Shown here: positions 1 through 12,800 of the stretch, in pieces
Numbering within the stretch: the first letter of the stretch is position 1
Layout: each line of letters begins with the position of its first letter
Assembly (NCBI GenBank): GCA_030390025.1
Contig: CM059432.1
Location: forward strand, 47,928,001-47,992,000
From: Squalus acanthias
Taxonomy: Eukaryota
Direction of reading: 5' to 3'
DNA: 64,000 nucleotides
Position numbers and translations under genes: made by a program
The notes under the pieces: generated by a model
Told to the model about the DNA's origin: nothing
Databases searched by the model: none
Seen by the model: only the letters and a program-made list of their open reading frames with translations

Positions 1-1294
1 CTACCCCCATATTTTTCTTAATGTAATTGTTATCCTTATGCTTAAGGGTCCTCCTAGTCATTGACTGAAAGGTCAATATAAAAAGTGCCCAACCCTTAGG
101 GATTGGATGCTGCAATAGGTTCGTACGCTGTCCTTTCAGCTCTGCAACCTGGGTTTGAAGCTAGAATGAGGGGTGAAAGTGTCCTATCGCTGTCCTGCCT
201 ACAAGGTTTCTATGTGAAAGGCAGTGGGGCAGCCTTATCTGAACTCTCAGTGCATGTCAGTTCTAACTTCAAAACTCCACCTACTTTGCCCCTTAACTTA
301 TGATCTCACTCAGAGAGACCATAAGGATAGTTGGTTTGAAAGTGGACAATCTGAAGTCCTCTTTCGAATTTGAAGATTAATGCAAAATGGAACGTATTCT
401 TGTAAGTGAATTTTATTGTATTGAGTTTTAATCTTCTTTCCTCTCTTCTCTTGTTCCAGCTGCATAATTTATGTTCTTTAAATGTAACATTGTTCTGAAA
501 ATTAAACAAACTACTAAAATATCAGTATATTAATCTGGAATTGTCATGATGTCATCCAAGGTCAGCTGAAAATTGTTTTATAATGAGCTTATTCAACAAT
601 GTCAATTAAATTGCTCTCAAATGACTGACATTGGATGCATAAAGAAGTGCATCAGCAACTTGCGTTAACTTAATTTTGCACTTCACCTCATTCATAAATT
701 AATCCTCGGAAATGTCTTAATTGCTGCAATGTGACATTGTGCGGAACAAAGTCCAGGAGCCCAGAGAAACACATTGCACTCTGGGGTTTTATATTTTGGC
801 AGCTGGATACCACATAATCACCTAAATAGCGTGTTCTAAGTTCTGCTATACTCTATCACAGCGGGGAAAAAATAATTGCCATATTGCAAATTTTTATATC
901 TTAGCTGTGGGCAGGAGACAAGGGATAAAGAACTGGGGAGACATGAGTGAAAAGACTTTTTAAATATACTGTATCGTGCAGCATTGCACTGTATTATTTG
1001 CATCCCTTGTAATAGAATATAGCTATATGTTGAAATGCAAATCTAAGATGCAAGAGTAAAGCATGGTTGTTTGAAACAAACACTCAGATGTCACGATTTC
1101 CATTTGACCCTCTGAATTATTGTATTCTTGTTAGCGTGCCAAATAAAATGTAACAATGCAAGTAAACCTCAAGAAATTGCCACTGGTACAGAATAATGTG
1201 TGTCCAGCAGTTGATATCATAGATCTAGAAACAAAATTGAGTCTGCAAACGTTCTCACTACTATCGCATCCAGAACACATGGGCATGAGCCAAT

Positions 1295-1625
1295 TGCTTA
1301 GTGTCGTGGTTATGTTACTGGACTAATAATCTAATGAATGTGAATTCAAATCCCACCATGGGAATTTGAATAGAGTTTAAAATAAAAGCTGGAAATAAAA
1401 AGCTGGTATCAGTAAAAGTAAAAACCCATCTGGTTCACTGATGTCTTTAAGGGAAGGAAACCTGCCATCCTTACCTGGTCTGGCTTATATGTGACTAAAG
1501 TCCCACACCAACATGGTTGAGTCTGAAGTGGTTAGGAAGCCACTCAGTTGTATCAAATCGCCAGAAAGACTAACTTGCAACGGTTCAAGATGATGGCCCC
1601 CCAACACCTTCTCAGGGTAACTGTT
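1295..1625 (+). mobile_element. tRNA-derived SINE (degenerate) with a LINE-derived 3' tail
   Basis: Degenerate A/B-box-like head (GTGGTTATGTTACTGG...GAATTCAAATCCC). The tail at 1574-1623 aligns with the 3' end of the minus-strand LINE at 38687-38737. Confidence 0.65.
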
Positions 1626-2059
1626 GCCAGCAGTTGTCCAGTTCATTGCAAGTGGATAGTTTTATGATGCCCCTGATCCTTCTGGAAAGCCAACACATTT
1701 TCATATTGTACTCTAGGTGGCAATCGAAATAGAGATAGAAATGCAGCATCACAAGAGCAAGAAAAATTAATTAGCACACAAAATAATAAATACACTCTTG
1801 TGATTTGACAGGGAAGTATGTGCTACATGTTTCTAGAAAAATAAGTTAATTGGGATATTTCTCCTAAATCCCAGACAAGGTTAGAACAGAGGTGGAATAT
1901 CTTAGTCAAGTTAATTCAAAGTTGTTTTTTGCGGAATAAAAAATCTGATCATCTAGTAGTTTAGTTTAAGCGATTTAAATGAGACAGCACAGGAAGTGTT
2001 TTTTGCTTGAAAAAAATTAGTATGAATATAATTTAAATTGAGTAACATTGAACTAAGGG

Positions 2060-3068
2060 GAGTAGATTGTAAAACAGTAATTTGCCGTTGCATTGTAAAA
2101 GAAGTTTCCAGTGGGGTTCCGCAGGGCTCAGTACTAGGTCCCTTGCTTTTTGTGGTATATATCAATGATTCAGACTTCTATTTAAGTGGCATGAAGTTTG
2201 CAGATGATACAAAATTTGGCCGTGTGGTTGATAGTGAGGAAGAAAGCTGTAGACTGCAGGAAGATATCAATGGACTGGTCAGGATGGCAGAAAAGTGGCA
2301 AATGGAATTCAATCAGGAGAAGTGTGAGGTAATGCATTTGGGGAGGGCTAACAAGGCAACGGAATACACAATAAATGGTAGAATACTGAGAAGTGTACCG
2401 GAACAGAGGGACCTTGGAGTGGCATACGAGATACTTATATTCTTAGTCAAGGCATAGAATATAAGAGCAGAGAGGTTATGCTTGAATTGAATAAAACAAT
2501 AGTTAGGCCACAGCTAGAGCACTGTGTACAGTTCTGGGCACCACATTACAGGAAAGGTGTGATTGCACTAGAGAGGGTACAGAGGAGATTTACGAGAATG
2601 TTGCTAGGACTGGAGAATTTTAGCTATGAGGAAAGATTGGATAGGCTGGGATGTTTTCTTTGGAGCAGAGGAGGCTGAGGGGAGACTTAATTGAGGTGTA
2701 AGAAATTATGAGGGGCCTAGATAGAGTGGATAGGAAGGACATATTTCCCTTAGCAGAGGTCAATAACCAGGGGACATAGATTTAAAGTAATTGGTAGAAG
2801 GATTAGAGATGAGTTGAGGAGAACTTTTTTCACCCAGAGGGTGGTGGGGGGTCTGTAACTCACTGCCTGAAAGGGTGGTAGAGGCAGAAACCCTCATCGC
2901 ATTTAAAAAGTACTTGACATGCTCTTGAAGTGCTGTAACCTACAGGGCTATGGACCAAGAGCTAGAAAGTGGAATTAGGCTGGATGGCTCTTTTTCGGCT
3001 GGCACAGACACGATGGGCCAAATGCCCTCCTTCTAATCTATAAATTTCTATGATTCTATGATTCCATG
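2060..3068 (+). mobile_element. CR1 LINE, 5'-truncated 3' fragment
   Basis: RT motifs QGSVLGP and KFADD, C-terminal RPQLEHCVQFW, and an (ATTCTATG)n tail at ~3044-3068. Confidence 0.95.
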
Positions 3069-3711
3069 AAGTATAAAAAGGTAAGCAAAATGCAAAAAAA
3101 ACTGCAGATGCTGGAAATCCCACTCCCACCCAGAAATAGCAGCTAATCAATCCCACTTAACTATTTCTCCAACTTCCCCTTCAGCAGCAAGTGCTGGCAA
3201 TGTGAGGTGGGTGTGCTGATGTTTCTAATGGGGGTGGGGATGGAGGGACAGGCTGGTGCTTGGGGTGGGGATCCTCCAGTGAAACACTACACTGGTGGGG
3301 CATTTTGCAGAGTTAGTGTCCACTTGCCTTTTCTCTTCACCCAGGCTGCTGGGCCACTGGAGCCAGCTCTGCTTTGCCAATTTTTCTGCTTCCATTTCTA
3401 TCTGCCTTATCACCCGTCTAATCAGCTAATCTCATAAACTCTGAGGCATGTAGATATCCTTTATTACTTTGATTCCCCTCATTATGCCTGCTATTGTCTC
3501 ATGCTAATATTACTTCTGCTATTTAACTATCTTTTGTTTTCCACTTAAGCACCTATTCCTTTTCTTGTGCGTGTGTGTGTGTGTTTTTCCTTCCCCTTTC
3601 CTTTCTTCTGTTCCTTTTTATATGCTGTTCATGATGTTCTGAACGATTTGCTGAGTGGTTGCAGCATTTTCTGTTTTTGGTTTTGTAAAAGGATATTTTT
3701 TTTCTCTTCAG

Positions 3712-3832
3712 CACACTGTCGATAAACCATTTCCTCCAACTTATGATGGTTATCTCTCCTCAAAAGATTTTTTAAATATATGGTATAATTTTCTAACACC
3801 TCATCGACCAGAAGCAGATATCAGAAATTCAG
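3712..3832 (+). CDS. Candidate internal exon of an unidentified host gene
   Basis: Polypyrimidine tract TTTTTTTTCTCTTCAG acceptor, 121-nt open frame (HTVDKPFPPTYDGYLSSKDFLNIWYNFLTPHRPEADIRNS) and CAG|GTGAAT donor. Not repeat-like; protein not recognised. Confidence 0.4.
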
Positions 3833-4509
3833 GTGAATGCGGTGTACTATTTTCTAAACATTTAAATGAATGGTTGGAAAATTATGCACAGCATGTGCCT
3901 GAATTTGCTTTCTGGAGGACAGCATGAAGTCAGAAAGTTACCCATTTGCTGTTGTCATTTTCTTTTTTTGACTTGTTTTTTTTTTGCATGAGGAGTGATG
4001 TCTCATCTCCCATTGATTCAAATAACTGAAGCTTAAAGGTCTCACAGGATTTAGTGTCCTGCACCTGCACCACTTTTCTGATGTGTCCTGATTAATGTCT
4101 GTCTGGGAATACATTGGTGATGATCTTGCACGTTTCTCAGGATTTCCACTTTGTGCTGTTGTTTTACAGGTTATTTTATGCCATTTACAATGTTGATTAA
4201 AATCAAGGCACCTTTTTAATCACTTTTACCAATGCACAACTCACAAGTTACAGTATGATGTTATCACTTCTTATATTCATCAAGTTAATTTGCCTGATTA
4301 GTAGGCTTGACTCATGTCCAAACTCATGTATTTATATCATTCATAGAATAATGGGCCAATGTTAAAATAACTCTTTTCACAACTACAGTTCAGAAAAAAA
4401 AGTCTTTATCAAGTTATAAAATCATGGCAGACACTATTGCATTGCTACGCAGAATTTATTTAATAATGATGGTGTTCTGAGCTGCGATAAGTTAACTGAT
4501 CTTAAATAG

Positions 4510-4900
4510 GGCAGCAGCAAAGGAGCCACAATCTGCCTCAGCAGTAGAAGGTCATGGGTTCAAGACCCACTCCAGAGACTTGAGCACATAAGCTAACACT
4601 TTAGTGCAGTACTGGTGGCGGCGCTGTCTTTCAGATGAGATGTTAAACTGAGGCCCTGACTACCCTCTTAGGCGAATGCAAACAATCCCATGGCAACATT
4701 TATCCCTCAACCAACACCTGAAACAGATTATCTGGTCATTTATTTCATTGATGTTTGTGAAAGCTTGCTGTGTGCAAATTGGCTGCTGCATTTCCTACTA
4801 CAACAACAACTACACTTCAGAAGTGCTTAATTGGCTGTAAAGTATTGTTGGAAGTCCTGAGGTCATGAAAAGTGCTATATAAATGCAAGTCTTTTCTTCT
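4510..4900 (+). mobile_element. tRNA-derived Deu-type (SacSINE1-like) SINE
   Basis: B box GGTTCAAGACCC, body homologous to 51966-52432, and L2-like tail GTGCTATATAAATGCAAGTCTTT. Confidence 0.8.
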
Positions 4901-5425
4901 ATCAGTGCTCTGGGGTCCAGGGAGGTGAAATAATTAACCAGGGTTCTTGCTATTAGTGGTGCCTGCGGAAAAGTGTACCTTTGTAGACATTGACTGAGGA
5001 CAGGTTTGGACTCAGTAATGTTGCTACACATGAAGAATAAGCACATAGGTGAGTTACGAGGGAGCAGCCAATATTCAGGAAATAGTTACTCAGCTTGATT
5101 CAGTGCTGTCAGGGGTGGAGAGAAAAAAAGCTGGGGGAAGATTTTTAAAAAATATTTGAATTTCACTATAAACAGCCCCAGTAATGTTTCATGTTACACT
5201 ACAAAGGACATTAACTGGTCCAGGCAGCGGGCGGTCGAGGGGGTCGCTCGGCCCGATTGCCTGCCTCTCTTCCGCAGCTATGTTCGCGCCCGAGTGGCCC
5301 TGGAGATGGAGCACGCGGTGTCCGCCAGCACGCTTGAGGCCTTCCGCGACCGGTGGGCATTGCGGGGACTGGAGTGTGTTATCACCACCGAGAACCAAAT
5401 TTTTATTTGTTAAGTTTTATTTAAT

Positions 5426-5944
5426 ACAAAAAGAAAATACTACAGATGCTGGAAATCTGAAATAAAAACAGAAAATGCTGGAGACACTCAGCAGGTCAGG
5501 CAGCATCTGTGAAGAGAGAAACAGAGTTAACGTTTCAGGTCGATGACCTTTCGTCAGAACTGGAAAAAAGCAGGAAATGGAACAGATTTTTAAGCAAGTG
5601 TAGGGGCTGGGAAATGGGGGAAGGGATGAAAGAACAAAACGGAAGGTCTATGCTAGGATAGAAGGCAGGAGAAGTTAAGAGACATTAAGAGATATTCAAG
5701 GCAAAAGGAGATGGTAATGGGACAGGTTAAGAAACAAAGGATGGCTTTAGATGAAGTGTAAATTGCGCTGGCAGAATGAAAGACAACCGCCATGTGGTAG
5801 AGAAGAACAGAAAGCACAAACAAAAAGTGTGGATAAAAAATATATATATGATCGGGGCCAGGTTATGATCTGAAATTGTTGAACTCTATGTTGAGTCCAG
5901 AAGGCTGTAAAGTGCCTAATCGAAAGATGAGGTGCTGTTCCTCA
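5426..5944 (-). mobile_element. Penelope-like element (PLE) 3' fragment
   Basis: Minus strand reads EEQHLIFRLGTLQPSGLNIEFNNFRS* (PLE GIY-YIG C-terminus), followed by a pseudo-LTR. Exact 16-bp TSD TTAAGTTTTATTTAAT at 5410-5425 and 5945-5960. Confidence 0.85.
5525..5561 (-). ncRNA. Minimal type I hammerhead ribozyme motif in the PLE pseudo-LTR
   Basis: Minus strand AGUU-CUGACGA-A-AGGUC-AUC-GACCU-GAAAC-GUU-AACU: core boxes, helix II, loopless palindromic helix III and a 4-bp helix I. Confidence 0.7.
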
Positions 5945-6390
5945 TTAAGTTTTATTTAATGTCTTATTAAGTTACCGTCCATTTGTTTAATCACCCCATC
6001 AGAAAGAGTACACTACAATGGAAGGGACAGGGACAATTGAATAGAATTGACTACAGATGTGGGAAGTGCTGCCAAAATTATGCCAATATTTTCTTTGGCT
6101 GCCAAAGGGAGTCATGCCTCCATTGTTAATAATGATATCATTACACCATTTAATGTTGACAGCAGGAAAAATTACAAATCCTCAATCTTACTTGCTTTTA
6201 TTTTTAAATTTCAGCCTCTTGAATGGGGAAGAAACAGCCCTATATAATTCCAAAGTTATTTCTTCTATAATGTTCAGTTGAAATTCCAGTGTGCTGATGT
6301 GAAATTAATATATACCCATTGATTAAATCATGGCCATTAATATTAACTGGGATAGGTAGCACTTCAATAGGCATAACTAAATAAAACATT

Positions 6391-7355
6391 GAGCTGAATT
6401 TTAATGGGGAAGGCGGGTTGAAGGCGCGGCGGGGGGGGGTTCCAAGGCGGTCGGGAAACCTGGAGAATGGGTTTCCCGCAGGCCCTGCCAAATTTAATGG
6501 CAGGGCCTGATTTACATGGGTAGCCTCTGTTTCCCACCTGCAGCCAGCCAGATTGAGAAGCTGACTGGCTGCGGGTGGGTAGGCCTGCGGCACTAGGCCG
6601 CATTGAAGAGGGAGGGATCGCATGGGGGCCGGGAATGGCCGGAGGAGCAGTGGGGGGGGGGTCCGAAGATGATCGTGGGCTGGGGAGCGACCAGCGGAGC
6701 ACGGTGGGGAGGTCCGAAGACGATCGCGGGCTGGGAAACGGCTGGAGGAGTTGTGGGGGGGGGGACTGAGGATCAGGGGCCGGGAACAGCACGGAGTGTA
6801 GAGATCGTGGGCCAGGAGGAGCATGAGGTGGGGGAGTGTAAAGATCACTGGCTGGGAGTAGCATGGGGGTGCCAGCAAAGATTGGCGGCCTCTTGGTGGG
6901 TATCGGAGGCCTGGGAGGGGGGGAGGCCTCGTGGTGGGAATTGAAGGCCTGTGGGGTGGGGGAAATCGGAGGCCTCGTGGGAGGGTCTCCGATCGCGGGG
7001 GGTGGGGTTAGGCAGGGACCCTGGATCCAGGAGGTAGGTGTAAAGGCACTTACCTCCTGGATCCAGCAGTCCTTGCCTTGCATTAGCTGGCAGGATTCAC
7101 GAGGTCTGCAAAACCCGACCAGCTAAAGTTAAAGACAAAATGGAGGTTAAAGCAGAGGCTTCCAGCCTCATTATAATATTTAAATAGACCACCCCCCGCC
7201 TGGCAGCGGATTGGCTGCATGTCCCCTGCCCCGCCTCCATTAAAACTGGAAGTGGGTGGGTTGGAGAAGGGTTCAGGTAGGGAATCAGATTTTTAAGACT
7301 TTAACTACCTCCATGCCCTCAACTCACCTGTTTTTTGTAGCTTAAAATCCCCGCC
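6391..7355. mobile_element. Non-autonomous Harbinger-like DNA transposon (MITE), GC-rich
   Basis: Imperfect TIRs GAGCTGAATTTTAA / TTAAAATCCCCGCC, 3-bp TSD ATT, internal degenerate tandem repeats and a 20-bp hairpin. Confidence 0.7.
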
Positions 7356-8039
7356 ATTATTTTTGCTCCCTTAGTGGCTCACTGGGTGAATGCAACATGG
7401 AATATGATACTGAACAAAACACTCCAGGGAGGCATTGGGTTAGATAGGGCTGTGGTGGGGGGACTACAGTATGCAAGGGATCCTGCTCCTGATCTCTAGC
7501 CAATAACTTCTGTTGAAAAAATATGTCGAGTGAGGACCGGATCTGGATCTCCAAGGCCAAATAGCTTGTCGACACTGTCTGGACTCACATATGAAGAATA
7601 GTCACTCAATCAGGTACTGGAGGCTTGCCAATGTCCATAAATAAAAATGGAAACAAACAAGCATTTATATAGTTCCTTGTCACATCTCTCACAAACATCC
7701 TATAATCCAAACCCTATCCTGAGCCATCATTAGAGGAAGGAGTAAAATCGCAGGGAGGGAGGAGGGAGACAAGATTTCTTCACAGTACAGTATAATGGTC
7801 CAGATAGAAATACAAATTTTACAAAATGCACATCATGTTCCACAATGTACCAAAGAAATTCAGCAGTCATATTTTGAAATATAACATTTTCTATTGAAAT
7901 ACACATTTATCTAACAAATATAGCTGTAAAATTCGAAATTGCTGAGTTTTAGTAGCAGCAGGACACGGCTATCCTTGCATCACAAAGAAGTTTTAAATAC
8001 GTTCATATCCCAGATGAATAATTTCCATTTCCTGACATC

Positions 8040-9652
8040 AGTGGGTATCAGTGGGAGAGCATTTTGGTGGTAGTGATCATAATTCAGTTAGACTTAGCGT
8101 AGTTATGGAGAAGGACAAAGATTGACCAGGAGTAAATGTTCTCAACTGGGGAAAGGCCAATTTTACTAAGCTGAGATGTGATTTAGCAAAAATGGACTGG
8201 AAACAGCTACTTGAAGTTCGGTGTCAGAGCAGTGGGAGACATTCAAAGAGGAGATAGTGAGGGTTCGGAGCAAATATGTTGCCACAAAGAAAAAGGGTGG
8301 GACTCCCACATCTAGAGCCCCCTGGATGTCAAGGGGCATACAGGGTAGGATAAGGTAAGAAAGGGAAGCTTATGTCAGTTACCGAGAGCTCAATATGGCA
8401 GAAAGCTGAGAGGAGTATAGAAAGTGCAGGTGTGAAATTAAAAAGGAAATTAGGAAAGCAAAGAGAGGGCATGAAAAAATATTGGCAAGTAAATTCAAGC
8501 AAAACCCAAAGATGTTTTATAAATACATAAAGAGCTAGAGGATAACTAAGGAAAGAGTAGGGCCTATTAGAGACCAAAAAGGTAACTTGTGTGTGGAGGC
8601 GGAAGACATGGGTATGGTTCTTAATGAATACTTTGCGTCTATCTTCACAAAAGAGGGGAACAATGCAGACACTGTAGTTCAGGAGGAGGACTGTGAAATA
8701 TTGGATTGGATAAACCTAGTGAGAGAGGAAATATTAAGGGGTTTAGCATCTTTGAAAGTAGATAAATCGCCAGGCCCGGATGAAATGTATCCCAGGCTGT
8801 TAAGAGAAGCAAGGGAGGAAATAGCGGAGGCTCTGACCATCATTTTCCAATCCTCTCTGGCTGCAGGTGTGGTGCTGGAGGACTGGAGAGCTGCTAATGT
8901 TGTATTGTTTAAAAAGGGAGTAAGGGATGGAACAAGTAATTACAGGCCAGTCAGCCTAACCTTGGTGGTGGTCAATTTATTGGAAAAAATTCTGAGGAAA
9001 GTATTAATTGTCCCTTAGAAAGGCACGGATTAATCAAAGACAGTCAGCATGGATTTGTTAAGGGAAAGTTGTGTTTGACTAACTTGATTGAATTTTTTGA
9101 GGATGTAACAAGGAGGGTTGATGAGGGTAGTGTGTTTGATGTAGTCTACATGGATTTAGCAAGGCTTTTGACAAGGTCCCATGTGGCAGACTGGTCAGAA
9201 AAGTAAAAGCCAATGGGATCCAAGGGAAAGTGGCAAGTTGGATCCAAAATTGGCTCAGTGGCAGAAAGCAAAGTGTAATGGTTGACAGGTGTTTTTGTGA
9301 CTGGAAAGCAGTTTCCAGTGGGGTTATGCAGGGCACAGTATTAGGTCCCTTGCTTTTTGTGGTACATATCAATGATTTAGACTTCAATGTAGGGGGCATG
9401 ATTAATGAAGTTTGCAGATGATACAAAATGTTTTCCGTGTGGTTGATAGTGAGGAAGAAAGCTGTAGACTGCAGGAAGATATCAATGGTCTGGTCAGGTG
9501 GGCAGAAAAGTGGCAAATGGAATTCAATCTGGAGAAGTGTGAGGTAATGCATTTGTGGGGGGCAAACAAGGCAAGGGAATTAGGCTGGATAGCTCTTTTT
9601 GGGCCAAATGGCCTCCTTCTATGCCATAAATTTCTATGATTCTATGATTCTA
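8040..9652 (+). mobile_element. CR1 LINE fragment with internal deletion
   Basis: Frameshifted ORF2 pieces (KSPGPD, NYRPVSLT, QGTVLGP) and an (ATTCTATG)n tail. Same subfamily as 2060-3068. Confidence 0.93.
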
Positions 9653-9699
9653 CAACATAACAGTTACTCTATTTCAAAAGTAGTTCATTGTGTGTGAAG

Positions 9700-10520
9700 G
9701 ATTCGGAAGACCAAAGTCATTGCTTTCGGTCCCCACCACACACTCCGTTCCCTAGCCACCGACTTCTTCCCTCTCCCTGGTCACTGCATGATGCTGAACT
9801 AGACTGTGCTCAACCTTGGCGTCCTATTTGATCCTGAGATGAGCTTCCAGCTCCAAATCCACTCCATTACCGTCTACTGTGCAACACTGCCCGTCTCCAC
9901 CCCTGCCTCAGCTCATCTGCTGTTAAAACCCTCGTTCATGCCTTTGTTACCTCTACTCAACTATTCCAATGCTCTCCTGGCCGGTCTCCCACCTTGTGCC
10001 CTCCGTAAACTTGAGCTCATCCAAATCTCTGCTGCCCATGTCCTAACTCACTCCAAGTCCCATTCACTCATCACTGCAGTGCTCGCTGACCTACATTGGC
10101 TCCCAGTTGGCAATGTCTCGATTTTAAAATTCTCATTCTTGTTTTCAAATCCCTCCATGGCCTTACCCCTCCCTATCTCTGTAACCTCTTCCAGCCCTAC
10201 AACCCTCCAAGATCGCTGCGCTCCTCGAATTCTGGCCTCTTGAACATCCCCAATCTTAATCGCTCCACCATTAATGTGGTTCAGCTGGCTAGGCCCTAAG
10301 CTCTGGAATTCCCTTCTAAAACGACTCCACCTCTCTACCTCTCTCTCTTCCTTTCAGACGCTCCTTAAAACCTACCTCTTTGACCAAGCTTTTGATCACC
10401 TGTCCTAATATCTCCTTATGTGGCTCGGTGTCAAAATTTGTTTCATAACACTGCTGCGAAGCACCTTGGGATATTTTACTACCTTAAAGGCTCTATATAA
10501 ATACAAGTTGTTGTTGTTGT
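9700..10520 (+). mobile_element. L2 LINE 3' fragment
   Basis: NLGVLFD, LHWLPV and FKILILVFKSLHGLTPPYL motifs; ends CTATATAAATACAAG(TTG)n. Confidence 0.88.
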
Positions 10521-10707
10521 CGATTTTGGAATGTTTCTGAAAGATGTGATAAAGCACTATAGCCTACTCCTCCTAATTCAAAGTTGTTTAATTTGAATTA
10601 CTGGATAATTTGAATTTTTGTGTACTTTTTCTTAACAATTTTAAATTCTTTGGTTAATTTGAATTATTTAAATAATTTAATTACTGAATAATTACATTTT
10701 TTTGTGT

Positions 10708-11085
10708 AAAAAGAAAGAACCTATATTTACATAGCGCCTTTCATGCCTTCAGGACATCCCAAAGCACTTTAGGCTAATGCATTACATTTGAAGTGTGGTT
10801 GCTGTTGTTTTGTAGGAAAACGCAGCAGCCAAGTTGCACACAGCAAAATCCTACAAACAACAATTAGCCAATCTATTTATGGTGGTGGAAGGATAAATGC
10901 TGGCCAGGAGAATTTCCTTGCTCTTCTTCAAATATTGCTATAGGATCTTTAACAGCTACCTGAGCAGGCAGACAGGACATCGGATTGATGTCTCATCCAA
11001 AAGGCGGCACATCTGACAATATAACACCCCCTCAGTACTGCACTGGAGTGTCAGCTTAGATTATGCTCAAGTCCTGGAGTAGGTG
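10708..11085 (-). mobile_element. Deu-type SINE, reverse orientation
   Basis: Reverse complement of the body and tail of the SINE at 51966-52432. Confidence 0.75.
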
Positions 11086-12365
11086 TACAGAATTGATGGG
11101 AGTAGACTGTATATAAATATAAGTACTTTCTTTCTTTCTGACACATTAGGTATTGTGTAGTGAGGTGAATTAGAAATATTAATATTGGCATCTGAATGTT
11201 GTTGTAGTGAATGTGAAAGTGGAGAATTGGACCTAATTGATGTTTCCCCTGACTGCACAGCACTAATTTTCCCTGGGGTCTTTTTCCAGTAGCATCTCAG
11301 AGAACTATTACGTGATGGATGTGCAGCCGTTTGCATATAATGTATCATAGAAAACCAATGAAGTTTACAAGTAGGTCATCTACTTGGAAGCACAGCAGAC
11401 TGTAGAGGCAGGGGCACATAACAATGATAGACACAAAAACCCTTTGAGGAAATACTCATGAGTTGCCAAAGACTACATTTCTTTTGTTTGTAGTTACTAG
11501 CGCCGAAAAATTAAACAAACATTTCATTTCAGGAAAGTCTTTGTACTCTGCTGAGCACAAAATGTAAATTGTTTGGTTTAAATTCATCCCAATTAATGAT
11601 GCACACAAAACAAAGCACTATTCTGAGAATAATGGGCACACTAAAGATAACCATTTCTTTTCCTTTTACCTTGTGTGTGAACAGGAAGCTGTGGAGATAT
11701 TTCCATCTTTCAAGACTTGTAATGTAAATAATAGATTTATTTTTAAAATTATTTGTCTGTGATAAATATCTCCCTTTGTGAGTCTAAGTATAACTCATGC
11801 ACATCTTCATCAATCAGCTAACCAATTTCTCAATATCTTGCAGAAAATGCTTCTTGAAAAAATAGCTTGATTAAAAGAAAAAGTTTTGGCCTAGAAATTA
11901 TAGGTGTTAGCGCTGGCCGTTAAAAAAATATGGCGGCCGCCTCACTTCCGCCTGCTTCCGGCGGGTCCCACGGCAGCCACCATTTTCAGCTGGTAGGCAG
12001 CGCTGCCGATGTCCACGTTTGCCGGAGATGTACAGATTATGCAAATCATGACGTCAGTGAATGTGCAACGCTCAGCTGACGCCTGATCTGCCATTTTCGC
12101 ATTCGCCGCACAATTTACTGATCTGTGTTAATTACGACCAGCTGACCAAGCGTTCAGGAGTAGGAAGGAGCCTCCAGCAGAACTATTTATAGGGCTCATC
12201 AGCAACAACTTGCAGCTGACATGCTTTTTCAATTTGACTGGCTCTGTGTAGCTTTCTGCAACTCTTGCAGTTTTCTAAACTTGTTTCAAGTTCCTAAGGT
12301 GACGGGAGTGTTGGTGCAAGTGGAGAACGCCTTCATTCTTATTTAAAGGCTTCTGCTCACACCAC

Positions 12366-12800
12366 TTGCTCCCAGTCATTGTGGATTTACTTGCAGTCCC
12401 CCTCGCGCTCGTGTATCTTCGGGAGAGGGAGCGGAGGCAGAGAAGAAGAGGAGAAGATATGCACAGAGGGAGGAGGAGGAGGGCCAGGAGGGCTCTCAAC
12501 AGGAGGCCTTACCCACCTAGGGTCTTCCGAGAGCATTTCTCTTATCTCCACTTAAGCGAGGAGCAGTGCATTAAGAGGCTCCGCTTCACCACGGATGTGG
12601 TCACAGAATTCTGCCACCTCCTGCAACCAGACCTGCAGCCTCAGAGCAGGGCAACCACGGCTCTTTCAGTAGCCCACAAGGTCACCGTGGCCCTCAATTC
12701 CTTCGCCAGCGGATCCTTCCAGTCTGCAGTAGGAGACATAGCTAACATCTTCCAGTTTGCTGTCCATCACTGCATCGGGAGGTCACAGAGGCTCCGTACT
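12366..12800 (+). pseudogene. Harbinger (HARBI1-like) transposase N-terminal fragment
   Basis: LSEEQCIKRLRF...KVTVALNSFASGSFQSAVGD, the HARBI1-family HTH region; truncated before the DDE core. Confidence 0.85.

Larger units (their letters stand above)
5209..6008 (+). mobile_element. Tx1-clade non-LTR retrotransposon, short 3' fragment interrupted by a Penelope-like insertion
   Basis: Encodes INWSRQRAVEGVARPDCLPLFR..., homologous to the ORF2 C-terminus at 27455-27657. Flanked by TACACTACAA(A/T)GGA at 5195-5208 and 6009-6022. Confidence 0.9.

Noticed and set aside
6240..7126. Long Pro/Gly-rich ORFs (212 and 239 aa)
   Set aside because: By-products of GC-rich, low-complexity MITE sequence; no domain motifs.
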